A DNA stretch of 64,000 nucleotides, from contig OZ251226.1 of assembly GCA_965240325.2 (NCBI GenBank), positions 1,488,001 through 1,552,000 of the forward strand. The letters are read 5' to 3'. The notes below the pieces were generated by a model that worked only from the letters and a program-made list of their open reading frames with translations, did no database searches and was not told the origin of the DNA. The stretch is from Rebecca billardiae RCC1528. Taxonomy: Eukaryota; Protista; Haptophyta. The position numbers and the translations under genes are program-made. This document shows positions 1 to 15,000 of the stretch, piece by piece. Within the stretch, counting starts at the first letter, position 1, and the number at the start of each line of letters is the position of its first letter.

Positions 1-3000
1 GTCTCCGCTCATGCGCGACATCTTCGAGCGCGCGGACATCTTCGACCTCGCCGACAACGCAGAGCGATGGCTCCCGGCTGCGACGAGGCGAGTCGCGGAG
101 CATGGGTCGGGCGCACGCGTGAGCCATGCGCGCGTCGCGCGCACCCGCAGCGGCGCGGGGCTGACCTCTCGGGCACAGCCGTGGGCGTTGGCGCGCACCT
201 TCGTCGTACACGTGCGTGTACTGGCGCATCGCGCTGTCCATCATCAGCCCCTCCTCCTGCGGGTACGTCTTGATCAGCGCCTTGTACGCATCGCGCGTGA
301 GCGAGTACACGACCGTCTCCGCGCCGCTCGCCGTGCGGCCGTTCTTAAAGTGGCGGATGCTGAAGGTGAAGGACATGCTGCCCACCGTGCTGCCCGACGA
401 GCGCACCTCGAGACCCTCGCCATCCTCAGTGGTCATGCCGACCAGGTTGAGCTGCATCTCGTCCTCGTACATCTCGATGCTGCCCGACTTGATGACGAAG
501 AGCTCGTTGCAGACCTCGCCCATGCGGAAGACGGTCGTCTCCGGCTCGATGCGACGCTCCTTGAGCACCGAGGCGAAGCGATCCTTGAAGCCCTCCGAGC
601 ACTCGGCGAGCAGCGAGCAGCCGCTGATGATGTGCCGGATGGTGTGCTTGGACACCTCGAGCTGGAGCGACATGGGGAGCATGTCGTACACCTGCTCCGA
701 CTGCACGGACGAGAGCGACGCGTCCTTCAGCCGGGCGTGGAAGAACGCCTCGATCTTCGCCTTGAGGTCGCCAGGCACGCGGATGTGCGCGACGTACGAC
801 TGCACGATCTCGAGCTGCGCGCGCTTGGCCACGATCTCGTCGTCCTGCTTCATCACGAGCGCCGAGATCTGGCCGACAGTCCACGCGTACACGGTCATGT
901 TCACGATCATCGCGACCACGAAGAAGAGCAGCTCGGTGTACGTCGCCGGGAGCTGCGTCAGCCCGAGCGACGTCAGCATGGACATGACGAAAAAGAGGCA
1001 CATCAGGTACTGGTTTGCAAACGTCACGGACGAGAGGCGGTCATTGCCGATGTGGTCGTGCTGCGAGTCCACCACTTCCTCATAGTAGCGCAGCTGCGTC
1101 CACCACGTCACCTCGGCCCCTTCGGCCAAGGTCGAGAACGCGCACAGGTTCCAGATGCACGAACCGAGGTGCGCCGCATACAGGAGCACCCCCAGGTACA
1201 TCTGCAGCCCGCTGCGGAGGTCGTCATCGGGACAACGCTTCCTCCACTTGCTGATCGCAGAGCGCAGGTACCGCATGTTGATCATGCGCAGCACGCGCAG
1301 CGTGTACGGCACGAAGGCGGGCGCACCCACGGCGAGCGCGAGGAAGTTGTGCGGCCAGCACGCAAAGCAGTCGAGCGGGAAGTCCCTCGCCAAGTAGTGC
1401 CTGGCGATGCCTGCAGGATCGTAGACAGTGACCGAGTGCTGGTTGATGCTGGACACGCGGAAGCGCAGTGCGATGCGCACGATGTAGAAGATGTCTGCGC
1501 CGATGCCCATGTACAGCAGCGCCTCTGACTGCTCCGCCCTGGTGCCGAAGCAGACGGCGACCGGGATCACAATTGAATCCCACGCAGTCACGTACAGGAA
1601 GAGCGTCTCGAAGAGGCCGAACGCCTTCGAATCGTGACGCACGATGAAGCTTGGCACGGCGGCGGCTGCGGCAGCTGCCGTTGCATCACCGCCGCCGCTG
1701 TTGGCGAGCGCAAGGAGCCGCGTGGACCGAGCCATGCCGAATGCAGCGGCCACGCGCAGGCTCATGCGGCCTTTCGCGTCCAGCTGTCCGAGCAGCGGGG
1801 TGTCCTCCTCAGCGGCACTTACCCGCGCGAGGTCCCTGTCGGCGGCGTCATCCTTGTGCGCGAAGAGGGCAGCGACCAGATCTCGCCATGTCACGTCGGC
1901 CGGCGGCTTCTCAACGACGGTTGTCGTGATGTTCGCAAGCTTGATGCCGTTGGAGAAACCCACCAGGCCGCCATCGCTGCTGCTGTCATCGCTGTCGTTT
2001 CCGTTGCCATCGGCGATGTCGGCCACAGGCGGCGCATGCGGCGTGATGTCCAGGCCGAGGGTTGTCAAGACCCAGTCCTCGAGCAACTCCTTCTTGGTGT
2101 CGGGAGGGATGGCGATGGTCTGCTTCACGTGGTACAGCAGGGCGCCCGTCTGCACAGGGCCGACCGGATCGATGCGCTGCGCTTCGATGTGGTTCTGGAT
2201 GTGGTTTGCCAAAGTAAGCGCCGCCCTGGGCGCGCACATGGCGGTTGCCAGCGCCTCCTTGGCTTGCGCCTCTTGTGCCTGCAAGAAGGCCTCCGGGTCG
2301 TTTGCGAGATCCAGCGTGCCTTCAGCGAGCGTAAGATCACCAGCGGAGGGTATGGCCTGACTCACACAGTTCGCGAGCAGCCACGAAGCCACGCCGACGT
2401 AGAACTGCGCCTCGGTGAGGAACCGCGCCGGGGGTCGCTCCTTCTGCAGCGAGCGACTCAAGTCGTCCGACGAACGCGACTGCGAGTCGCTGCGAATGGT
2501 CACGTCAGAGCCGCTCGCGGAGTCGTCCTCGCTTGACACCTCGCTTGAGTCCGAAGACGAGTTGGAGTCAGAAGGACTTGCTGCGATGCCAGTAGGCAAG
2601 GGCGAATCGTAGGAAGGCACCGATGCCTCACCATAGCCAACGACATCCTCCGTAGAGGGTGGCGGACCCGCCGCCGCGATGTCAGCCAGCATCTCGTCGT
2701 GGTGGTCGGCGAAGCGGTCCACGCCCTGCATGTCCAGCGCGGTCGGCGGCATCGCGGCGGTCGTCTCGAGCGCCTGCTTCAGCAGCTCGTCCTCCGTCTT
2801 GCCCATCTCCTTGGGCAGACGCTCCTTGCGGTGCTTCGGACCCACCTGATCCGAGCGGTGCGACACCTCCACCTCCGACGGCAGCAGCTGCAGCAGCTGA
2901 CCCAGCTTTGCCAACCGCTCCTTCATGTCGCTGCCGCCGCCAACCTCGAACTGCACGCCAAAGCACAGGCGGTACACGCCGTTCGAGTCGTGCACCGGAC

Positions 3001-6000
3001 GCATCGACAGCAGGTTCTGGAACGTCTCGCCGTTCTTGCGGTAGTTGGTGATCTTCACAAAGCAGTCCGCGCCGCGGCGGAGCGTGTCCTGGATGATCGC
3101 CACAGACGCCGGCTCCGTGCGCGGGCCCTGCAAGAAGCGGCAGTTCCGACCCTGCGCCTCGTGCTTCGCAAAGCCGGTCACGCGGCAGAAGTCGCGGTTC
3201 ACGAACAGCATCGGGTTGCCCGGCATCGCCATGTCCGACAGCACGATGCACGCCGGGAACGTCTCCGCGAACGCGACGAACGAGTGGATGAAGCCAGCCA
3301 TGTCCTCCGGGACCTTGTACTTGTCCCAGATCAGGTCCTTGCGCTGCTTGATGCGCTGGCCCGCCACAGAGGCCTCCACGATCGACTCGCACGCCGGCGA
3401 GCGCACGAACCGAGCAAGCGCGTCGCTCGCAAGCTTCTTGCCGATCTCGGACACCTTCTCCTCCACGGCGCGCATGTCCATCGACTTGGCCTGCGCAGAG
3501 CTCAGACCGAGGTGCTTCTCCAGCACGGTGCGCTTACGCACGTCGCGTGACGCGCCCGCCGCCATGCCGCTCAGCTTGCGCGCCTCCGACCAGAACTCGA
3601 GCTCGCGGTCCTCCTTCGTCTCCTTCAAGAACCCGCGGAAGGCGTCGTACGACTGCGGGTCCTCCGTCAGACGCTCCAGGCTCGTCTCAGAATCAAGCGT
3701 CCACTGCAGCTTCGTGAACAGCGACTGCGCCGAGCGGAACTGACGCTCCTTCGCGCCCTCGTCCACGTGCACCACGTCCGGCGTGAACGTCGATGGCTGC
3801 GCAGACGCCGGCATGCGCCGCGGAAGCAGCCCGCGCAGCGTCGACAGCGCCTGCTGCTCCTCCGCCGTCTGCTCCTCCGCGCACGACAGCACGCCCAACG
3901 AGTACCGGTACTCGCCGTTCGTGTCCATCACCGGCGTGAGCGACAGGTCGTTCGTGAAGCGAGAGCCGTTCTTGCGGTAGTTCGTCACCTTCACAAGAAG
4001 CTCTGTCTTCTTGCGCAGCGCGCGGACCATCTTCGACACGATGTTTGGCTCCGTCTGGTCACCCTGCAAGAAGCGGCAGTTCCGGCCCTCCACCTCGTAC
4101 TTCGGGTAGCCGGTCACGCGCGCGAAGCCGCCGTTGCAGTACATCACCGTCACGCCCGGGACCGTCACGTCGGTGATCGCCACCGCGATCTGCAGCGGCT
4201 CCACAGCCGCCTTGAGCGCGCCGAGCCACGTGCCGTCGCCCGCACGAGGTACCGAGCCGCGACCCTCGCCCGCCGCGCGCAGTGCCTCCAAGATCTCCAG
4301 CGTCGGCTGAGGAAGGCTGAACGCGCCGCCGCCCATGCCGCCGCCGCCCATGGCACTCATCGGCTGCTGCTGCTGCATCATCGGCTGCTGCTGCTGCATC
4401 ATCGGCTGCTGCTGCATCATCGGCTGCTGCTGCATCATCGGCTGCTGCATCATCATCGGCTGCTGCTGCTGCTGCATCGGCTGCTGCTGCATCATCGGCT
4501 GCTGCATCCCCATGCCCATCATCTGCGCGGGCGCGGCCGCCATCGTCGGCGCCATCGGCGTCTCCTCAAACGGCAGGCTGCCGCCAGAGATCTCCGCCAT
4601 CATCTCGTCGTGGTGGTCGGCGAAGCGGTCCTCGCCCTGCATGTCGAGCGCGGTCGGCGGCATCGTCGCACTCGACTCGAGCGCCTGCTTCAGCAGCTCG
4701 TCCTCCGTCTTGCCCATCTCCTTGGGCAGACGCTCCTTGCGGTGCTTCGGACCCACCTGATCCGAGCGGTGCGACACCTCCACCTCCGACGGCAGCAGCT
4801 GCAGCAGCTGACCCAGCTTTGCCAACCGCTCCTTCATGTCGCTGCCGCCGCCAACCTCGAACTGCACGCCAAAGCACAGGCGGTACACGCCGTTCGAGTC
4901 GTGCACCGGACGCATCGACAGCAGGTTCTGGAACGTCTCGCCGTTCTTGCGGTAGTTGGTGATCTTCACAAAGCAGTCCGCGCCGCGACGGAGCGTGTCC
5001 TGGATGATCGCCACAGACGCCGGCTCCGTGCGCGGGCCCTGCAAGAAGCGGCAGTTCCGACCCTGCGCCTCGTGCTTCGCAAAGCCCGTCACGCGGCAGA
5101 AGTCGCGGTTCACGAACAACATCGGGTTGCCCGGCATCGCCATGTCCGAAAGCACGATGCACGCCGGGAACGTCTCCGCGAACGCGACGAACGAGTGGAT
5201 GAAGCCAGCCATGTCCTCCGGGACCTTGTACTTGTCCCAGATCAGGTCCTTGCGCTGCTTGATGCGCTGGCCCGCCACAGAGGCCTCCACGATCGACTCG
5301 CACGCCGGCGAGCGCACGAACCGAGCAAGCGCGTCGCTCGCAAGCTTCTTGCCGATCTCGGACACCTTCTCCTCCACGGCGCGCATGTCCATCGACTTGG
5401 CCTGCGCAGAGCTCAGACCGAGGTGCTTCTCCAGCACGGTGCGCTTACGCACGTCGCGTGACGCGCCCGCCGCCATGCCGCTCAGCTTGCGCGCCTCCGA
5501 CCAGAACTCGAGCTCGCGGTCCTCCTTCGTCTCCTTCAAGAACCCGCGGAAGGCGTCGTACGACTGCGGGTCCTCCGTCAGACGCTGCAGGCTCGTCTCA
5601 GAATCAAGCGTCCACTGCAGCTTCGTGAACAGCGACTGCGCCGAGCGGAACTGACGCTCCTTCGCGCCCTCGTCCACGTGCACCACGTCCGCCGTGAACG
5701 TCGATGGCTGCGCAGACGCCGGCATGCGCCGCGGAAGCAGCCCGCGCAGCGTCGACAGCGCCTGCTGCTCCTCCGCCGTCTGCTCCTCCGCGCACGACAG
5801 CACGCCCAACGAGTACCGGTACTCGCCGTTCGTGTCCATCACCGGCGTGAGCGACAGGTCGTTCGTGAAGCGAGAGCCGTTCTTGCGGTAGTTCGTCACC
5901 TTCACAAGAAGCTCCTTCTTCTTGCGCAGCGCGCGGACCATCTTCGACACGACGATCGGCTCCGTCCGGTCGCCCTGCAAGAAGCGGCAGTTCCGGCCCT

Positions 6001-9000
6001 CCACCTCGTACTTCGGGTAGCCGGTCACGCGAGCGAAGCCGCCGTTGCAGTACATCACCGTCACGCCCGGCACCGTCATGTCCGTGATCGCCACCGCGAT
6101 CTGCAGCGGCTCCACAGCCGCCTTGAGCGCGCCGAGCCACGTGCCGTCGCCCGCACGAGGTACCGAGCCGCGACCCTCGCCCGCCGCGCGCAGTGCCTCC
6201 AAGATCTCCAGCGTCGGCTGAGGCAGGCTGAACGCGCCGCCGCCGCCGCCACCGCCCACGCCGCCGCCGCCCATGGCACTCATCGGCTGATGCGGCTGCA
6301 TCGGCTGCTGCTGCATCATCATCTGCTGCTGCTGCATCATCGGCTGCTGCATCCCCATGCCCATCATCTGCGTGGGCGCGGCCGCCATTGTCGGCGCCAT
6401 CGGCGTCTCCTCAAACGGCAGGCTGCCGCCAGAGATCTCCGCCATCATCTCGTCGTGGTGGTCGGCGAAGCGGTCCTCGCCCTGCATGTCGAGCGCGGTC
6501 GGCGGCATCGTCGCACTCGACTCGAGCGCCTGCTTCAGCAGCTCGTCCTCCGTCTTGCCCATCTCCTTGGGCAGACGCTCCTTGCGGTGCTTCGGACCCA
6601 CCTGATCCGAGCGGTGCGACACCTCCACCTCCGACGGCAGCAGCTGCAGCAGCTGACCCAGCTTTGCCAACCGCTCCTTCATGTCGCTGCCGCCGCCAAC
6701 CTCGAACTGCACGCCAAAGCACAGGCGGTACACGCCGTTCGAGTCGTGCACCGGACGCATCGACAGCAGGTTCTGGAACGTCTCGCCGTTCTTGCGGTAG
6801 TTGGTGATCTTCACAAAGCAGTCCGCGCCGCGGCGGAGCGTGTCCTGGATGATCGCCACAGACGCCGGCTCCGTGCGCGGGCCCTGCAAGAAGCGGCAGT
6901 TCCGACCCTGCGCCTCGTGCTTCGCAAAGCCGGTCACGCGGCAGAAGTCGCGGTTCACGAACAACATCGGGTTGCCCGGCATCGCCATGTCCGAAAGCAC
7001 GATGCACGCCGGGAACGTCTCCGCGAACGCGACGAACGAGTGGATGAAGCCAGCCATGTCCTCCGGGACCTTGTACTTGTCCCAGATCAGGTCCTTGCGC
7101 TGCTTGATGCGCTGGCCCGCCACAGAGGCCTCCACGATCGACTCGCACGCCGGCGAGCGCACGAACCGAGCAAGCGCGTCGCTCGCAAGCTTCTTGCCGA
7201 TCTCGGACACCTTCTCCTCCACGGCGCGCATGTCCATCGACTTGGCCTGCGCAGAGCTCAGACCGAGGTGCTTCTCCAGCACGGTGCGCTTACGCACGTC
7301 GCGTGACGCGCCCGCCGCCATGCCGCTCAGCTTGCGCGCCTCCGACCAGAACTCGAGCTCGCGGTCCTCCTTCGTCTCCTTCAAGAACCCGCGGAAGGCG
7401 TCGTACGACTGCGGGTCCTCCGTCAGACGCTGCAGGCTCGTCTCAGAATCAAGCGTCCACTGCAGCTTCGTGAACAGCGACTGCGCCGAGCGGAACTGAC
7501 GCTCCTTCGCGCCCTCGTCCACGTGCACCACGTCCGCCGTGAACGTCGACGGCTGCGCAGACGCCGGCATGCGCCGCGGAAGCAGCCCGCGCAGCGTCGA
7601 CAGCGCCTGCTGCTCCTCCGCCGTCTGCTCCTCCGCGCACGACAGCACGCCCAACGAGTACCGGTACTCGCCGTTCGTGTCCATCACCGGCGTGAGCGAC
7701 AGGTCGTTCGTGAAGCGAGAGCCGTTCTTGCGGTAGTTCGTCACCTTCACAAGAAGCTCCTTCTTCTTGCGCAGCGCGCGGACCATCTTCGACACGATGT
7801 TCGGCTCCGTCCGGTCGCCCTGCAAGAAGCGGCAGTTCCGGCCCTCCACCTCGTACTTCGGGTAGCCGGTCACGCGAGCGAAGCCGCCGTTGCAGTACAT
7901 CACCGTCACGCCCGGCACCGTCATGTCCGTGATCGCAACCGCGATCTGCAGCGGCTCCACAGCCGCCTTGAGCGCGCCGAGCCACGTGCCGTCGCCCGCA
8001 TGAGGTACCGAGCCGCGACCCTCGCCCGCCGCGCGCAGTGCCTCCAAGATCTCCAGCGTCGGCTGAGGCAGGCTGAACGCGCCGCCGCCGCCGCCGCCGC
8101 CCATGCCGCCGCCGCCCATGGCACTCATCGGCTGCTGCGGCTGCATCGGCTGCTGCTGCTGCTGCATCGGCTGCTGCTGCTGCATCGGCTGCTGCTGCTG
8201 CTGCATCGGCTGCTGCTGCATCATCGGCTGCTGCATCCCCATGCCCATCATCTGCGCGGGCGCGGCCGCCATCGTCGGCGCCATCGGCGTCTCCTCAAAC
8301 GGCAGGCTGCCGCCGGAGATCTCCGCCATCATCTCGTCGTGGTGGTCGGCGAAGCGGTCCTCGCCCTGCATGTCGAGCGCGGTCGGCGGCATCGTCGCAC
8401 TCGACTCGAGCGCCTGCTTCAGCAGCTCGTCCTCCGTCTTGCCCATCTCCTTGGGCAGACGCTCCTTGCGGTGCTTCGGACCCACCTGATCCGAGCGGTG
8501 CGACACCTCCACCTCCGACGGCAGCAGCTGCAGCAGCTGACCCAGCTTCGCCAACCGCTCCTTCATGTCGCTGCCGCCGCCAACCTCGAACTGCACGCCA
8601 AAGCACAGGCGGTACACGCCGTTCGAGTCATGCACCGGACGCATCGACAGCAGGTTCTGGAACGTCTCGCCGTTCTTGCGGTAGTTGGTGATCTTCACAA
8701 AGCAGTCCGCGCCGCGACGGAGCGTGTCCTGGATGATCGCCACAGACGCCGGCTCCGTGCGCGGGCCCTGCAAGAAGCGGCAGTTCCGACCCTGCGCCTC
8801 GTGCTTCGCAAAGCCCGTCACGCGGCAGAAGTCGCGGTTCACGAACAACATCGGGTTGCCCGGCATCGCCATGTCCGAAAGCACGATGCACGCCGGGAAC
8901 GTCTCCGCGAACGCGACGAACGAGTGGATGAAGCCAGCCATGTCCTCCGGGACCTTGTACTTGTCCCAGATCAGGTCCTTGCGCTGCTTGATGCGCTGGC

Positions 9001-12000
9001 CCGCCACAGAGGCCTCCACGATCGACTCGCACGCCGGCGAGCGCACGAACCGAGCAAGCGCGTCGCTCGCAAGCTTCTTGCCGATCTCGGACACCTTCTC
9101 CTCCACGGCGCGCATGTCCATCGACTTGGCCTGCGCAGAGCTCAGACCGAGGTGCTTCTCCAGCACGGTGCGCTTACGCACGTCGCGTGACGCGCCCGCC
9201 GCCATGCCGCTCAGCTTGCGCGCCTCCGACCAGAACTCGAGCTCGCGGTCCTCCTTCGTCTCCTTCAAGAACCCGCGGAAGGCGTCGTACGACTGCGGGT
9301 CCTCCGTCAGACGCTGCAGGCTCGTCTCAGAATCAAGCGTCCACTGCAGCTTCGTGAACAGCGACTGCGCCGAGCGGAACTGACGCTCCTTCGCGCCCTC
9401 GTCCACGTGCACCACGTCCGCCGTGAACGTCGATGGCTGCGCAGACGCCGGCATGCGCCGCGGAAGCAGCCCGCGCAGCGTCGACAGCGCCTGCTGCTCC
9501 TCCGCCGTCTGCTCCTCCGCGCACGACAGCACGCCCAACGAGTACCGGTACTCGCCGTTCGTGTCCATCACCGGCGTGAGCGACAGGTCGTTCGTGAAGC
9601 GAGAGCCGTTCTTGCGGTAGTTCGTCACCTTCACAAGAAGCTCCTTCTTCTTGCGCAGCGCGCGGACCATCTTCGATACGATGTTCGGCTCCGTCCGGTC
9701 GCCCTGCAAGAAGCGGCAGTTCCGGCCCTCCACCTCGTACTTCGGGTAGCCGGTCACGCGCGCGAAGCCGCCGTTGCAGTACATCACCGTCACGCCCGGC
9801 ACCGTCATGTCCGTGATCGCCACCGCGATCTGCAGCGGCTCCACAGCCGCCTTGAGCGCGCCGAGCCACGTGCCGTCGCCCGCACGAGGTACCGAGCCGC
9901 GACCCTCGCCCGCCGCGCGCAGTGCCTCCAAGATCTCCAGCGTCGGCTGAGGAAGGCTGAACGCGCCGCGGCCGCCGCCGCCGCCCATGCCGCCGCCGCC
10001 CATGGCACTCATCGGCTGCTGCGGCTGCATCGGCTGCTGCTGCTGCTGCATCGGCTGCTGCTGCATCATCGGCTGCTGCTGCTGCTGCATCATCGGCTGC
10101 TGCATCCCCATGCCCATCATCTGCGCGGGCGCGGCCGCCATCGTCGGCGCCATCGGCGTCTCCTCAAACGGCAGGCTGCCGCCCGAGATCTCCGCCATCA
10201 TCTCGTCGTGGTGGTCGGCGAAGCGGTCCTCGCCCTGCATGTCGAGCGCGGTCGGCGGCATCGTCGCACTCGACTCGAGCGCCTGCTTCAGCAGCTCGTC
10301 CTCCGTCTTGCCCATCTCCTTGGGCAGACGCTCCTTGCGGTGCTTCGGACCCACCTGATCCGAGCGGTGCGACACCTCCACCTCCGACGGCAGCAGCTGC
10401 AGCAGCTGACCCAGCTTTGCCAACCGCTCCTTCATGTCGCTGCCGCCGCCAACCTCGAACTGCACGCCAAAGCACAGGCGGTACACGCCGTTCGAGTCGT
10501 GCACCGGACGCATCGACAGCAGGTTCTGGAACGTCTCGCCGTTCTTGCGGTAGTTGGTGATCTTCACAAAGCAGTCCGCGCCGCGACGGAGCGTGTCCTG
10601 GATGATCGCCACAGACGCCGGCTCCGTGCGCGGGCCCTGCAAGAAGCGGCAGTTCCGACCCTGCGCCTCGTGCTTCGCAAAGCCCGTCACGCGGCAGAAG
10701 TCGCGGTTCACGAACAACATCGGGTTGCCCGGCATCGCCATGTCCGAAAGCACGATGCACGCCGGGAACGTCTCCGCGAACGCGACGAACGAGTGGATGA
10801 AGCCAGCCATGTCCTCCGGGACCTTGTACTTGTCCCAGATCAGGTCCTTGCGCTGCTTGATGCGCTGGCCCGCCACAGAGGCCTCCACGATCGACTCACA
10901 CGCCGGCGAGCGCACGAACCGAGCAAGCGCGTCGCTCGCAAGCTTCTTGCCGATCTCGGACACCTTCTCCTCCACGGCGCGCATGTCCATCGACTTGGCC
11001 TGCGCAGAGCTCAGACCGAGGTGCTTCTCCAGCACGGTGCGCTTACGCACGTCGCGTGACGCGCCCGCCGCCATGCCGCTCAGCTTGCGCGCCTCCGACC
11101 AGAACTCGAGCTCGCGGTCCTCCTTCGTCTCCTTCAAGAACCCGCGGAAGGCGTCGTACGACTGCGGGTCCTCCGTCAGACGCTGCAGGCTCGTCTCAGA
11201 ATCAAGCGTCCACTGCAGCTTCGTGAACAGCGACTGCGCCGAGCGGAACTGACGCTCCTTCGCGCCCTCGTCCACGTGCACCACGTCCGCCGTGAACGTC
11301 GACGGCTGCGCAGACGCCGGCATGCGCCGCGGAAGCAGCCCGCGCAGCGTCGACAGCGCCTGCTGCTCCTCCGCCGTCTGCTCCTCCGCGCACGACAGCA
11401 CGCCCAGCGAGTACCGGTACTCGCCGTTCGTGTCCATCACCGGCGTGAGCGACAGGTCGTTCGTGAAGCGAGAGCCGTTCTTGCGGTAGTTCGTCACCTT
11501 CACAAGAAGCTCCTTCTTCTTGCGCAGCGCGCGGACCATCTTCGACACGACGTTCGGCTCCGTCCGGTCGCCCTGCAAGAAGCGGCAGTTCCGGCCCTCC
11601 ACCTCGTACTTCGGGTAGCCGGTCACGCGAGCGAAGCCGCCGTTGCAGTACATCACCGTCACGCCCGGCACCGTCATGTCCGTGATCGCCACCGCGATCT
11701 GCAGCGGCTCCACAGCCGCCTTGAGCGCGCCGAGCCACGTGCCGTCGCCCGCACGAGGTACCGAGCCGCGACCCTCGCCCGCCGCGCGCAGTGCCTCCAA
11801 GATCTCCAGCGTCGGCTGAGGAAGGCTGAACGCGCCGCCGCCGCCGCCGCCGCCCATGCCGCCGCCGCCCATGGCGCTCATCGGCTGCTGCGGCTGCATC
11901 GGCTGCTGCTGCTGCTGCATCGGCTGCTGCTGCTGCATCGGCTGCTGCTGCATCATCGGCTGCTGCTGCTGCATCATCGGCTGCTGCTGCATCATCGGCT

Positions 12001-15000
12001 GCTGCATCCCCATGCCCATCATCTGCGCGGGCGCGGCCGCCATCGTCGGCGCCATCGGCGTCTCCTCAAACGGCAGGCTGCCGCCAGAGATCTCCGCCAT
12101 CATCTCGTCGTGGTGGTCGGCGAAGCGGTCCTCGCCCTGCATGTCGAGCGCGGTCGGCGGCATCGTCGCACTCGACTCGAGCGCCTGCTTCAGCAGCTCG
12201 TCCTCCGTCTTGCCCATCTCCTTGGGCAGACGCTCCTTGCGGTGCTTCGGGCCCACCTGATCCGAGCGGTGCGACACCTCCACCTCCGACGGCAGCAGCT
12301 GCAGCAGCTGACCCAGCTTCGCCAACCGCTCCTTCATGTCGCTCCCGCCGCCAACCTCGAACTGCACGCCAAAGCACAGGCGGTACACGCCGTTCGAGTC
12401 GTGCACCGGACGCATCGAAAGCAGGTTCTGAAACGTCTCGCCGTTCTTGCGGTAGTTGGTGATCTTCACAAAGCAGTCCGCGCCGCGACGGAGCGTGTCC
12501 TGGATGATCGCCACAGACGCCGGCTCCGTGCGCGGGCCCTGCAAGAAGCGGCAGTTCCGACCCTGCGCCTCGTGCTTCGCAAAGCCGGTCACGCGGCAGA
12601 AGTCGCGGTTCACGAACAACATCGGGTTGCCCGGCATCGCCATGTCCGAAAGCACGATGCACGCCGGGAACGTCTCCGCGAACGCGACGAACGAGTGGAT
12701 GAAGCCAGCCATGTCCTCCGGGACCTTGTACTTGTCCCAGATCAGGTCCTTGCGCTGCTTGATGCGCTGGCCCGCCACAGAGGCCTCCACGATCGACTCG
12801 CACGCCGGCGAGCGCACGAACCGAGCAAGCGCGTCGCTCGCAAGCTTCTTGCCGATCTCGGACACCTTCTCCTCCACGGCGCGCATGTCCATCGACTTGG
12901 CCTGCGCAGAGCTCAGACCGAGGTGCTTCTCCAGCACGGTGCGCTTACGCACGTCGCGTGACGCGCCCGCCGCCATGCCGCTCAGCTTGCGCGCCTCCGA
13001 CCAGAACTCGAGCTCGCGGTCCTCCTTCGTCTCCTTCAAGAACCCGCGGAAGGCTTCGTACGACTGCGGGTCCTCCGTCAGACGCTGCAGGCTCGTCTCA
13101 GAATCAAGCGTCCACTGCAGCTTCGTGAACAGCGACTGCGCCGAGCGGAACTGACGCTCCTTCGCGCCCTCGTCCACGTGCACCACGTCCGCCGTGAACG
13201 TCGACGGCTGCGCAGACGCCGGCATGCGCCGCGGAAGCAGCCCGCGCAGCGTCGACAGCGCCTGCTGCTCCTCCGCCGTCTGCTCCTCCGCGCACGACAG
13301 CACGCCCAGCGAGTACCGGTACTCGCCGTTCGTGTCCATCACCGGCGTGAGCGACAGGTCGTTCGTGAAGCGAGAGCCGTTCTTGCGGTAGTTCGTCACC
13401 TTCACAAGAAGCTCCTTCTTCTTGCGCAGCGCGCGGACCATCTTCGACACGATGTTCGGCTCCGTCCGGTCGCCCTGCAAGAAGCGGCAGTTCCGGCCCT
13501 CCACCTCGTACTTCGGGTAGCCGGTCACGCGAGCGAAGCCGCCGTTGCAGTACATCACCGTCACGCCCGGCACCGTCATGTCCGTGATCGCCACCGCGAT
13601 CTGCAGCGGCTCCACAGCCGCCTTGAGCGCGCCGAGCCACGTGCCGTCGCCCGCACGAGGTACCGAGCCGCGACCCTCGCCCGCCGCGCGCAGTGCCTCC
13701 AAGATCTCCAGCGTCGGCTGAGGAAGGCTGAACGCGCCGCCGCCGCCGCCGCCGCCCATGCCGCCGCCGCCCATGGCGCTCATCGGCTGCTGCGGCTGCA
13801 TCGGCTGCTGCTGCTGCTGCATCGGCTGCTGCTGCTGCATCGGCTGCTGCTGCATCATCGGCTGCTGCTGCATCATCGGCTGCTGCTGCTGCTGCATCGG
13901 CTGCTGCTGCATCATCGGCTGCTGCATCCCCATGCCCATCATCTGCGCGGGCGCGGCCGCCATCGTCGGCGCCATCGGCGTCTCCTCAAACGGCAGGCTG
14001 CCGCCAGAGATCTCCGCCATCATCTCGTCGTGGTGGTCGGCGAAGCGGTCCTCGCCCTGCATGTCGAGCGCGGTCGGCGGCATCGTCGCACTCGACTCGA
14101 GCGCCTGCTTCAGCAGCTCGTCCTCCGTCTTGCCCATCTCCTTGGGCAGACGCTCCTTGCGGTGCTTCGGACCCACCTGATCCGAGCGGTGCGACACCTC
14201 CACCTCCGACGGCAGCAGCTGCAGCAGCTGACCCAGCTTCGCCAACCGCTCCTTCATGTCGCTGCCGCCGCCAACCTCGAACTGCACGCCAAAGCACAGG
14301 CGGTACACGCCGTTCGAGTCGTGCACCGGACGCATCGACAGCAGGTTCTGGAACGTCTCGCCGTTCTTGCGGTAGTTGGTGATCTTCACAAAGCAGTCCG
14401 CGCCGCGACGGAGCGTGTCCTGGATGATCGCCACAGACGCCGGCTCCGTGCGCGGGCCCTGCAAGAAGCGGCAGTTCCGACCCTGCGCCTCGTGCTTCGC
14501 AAAGCCGGTCACGCGGCAGAAGTCGCGGTTCACGAACAACATCGGGTTGCCCGGCATCGCCATGTCCGAAAGCACGATGCACGCCGGGAACGTCTCCGCG
14601 AACGCGACGAATGAGTGGATGAAGCCAGCCATGTCCTCCGGGACCTTGTACTTGTCCCAGATCAGGTCCTTGCGCTGCTTGATGCGCTGGCCCGCCACAG
14701 AGGCCTCCACGATCGACTCGCACGCCGGCGAGCGCACGAACCGAGCAAGCGCGTCGCTCGCAAGCTTCTTGCCGATCTCGGACACCTTCTCCTCCACGGC
14801 GCGCATGTCCATCGACTTGGCCTGCGCAGAGCTCAGACCGAGGTGCTTCTCCAGCACGGTGCGCTTACGCACGTCGCGTGACGCGCCCGCCGCCATGCCG
14901 CTCAGCTTGCGCGCCTCCGACCAGAACTCGAGCTCGCGGTCCTCCTTCGTCTCCTTCAAGAACCCGCGGAAGGCGTCGTACGACTGCGGGTCCTCCGTCA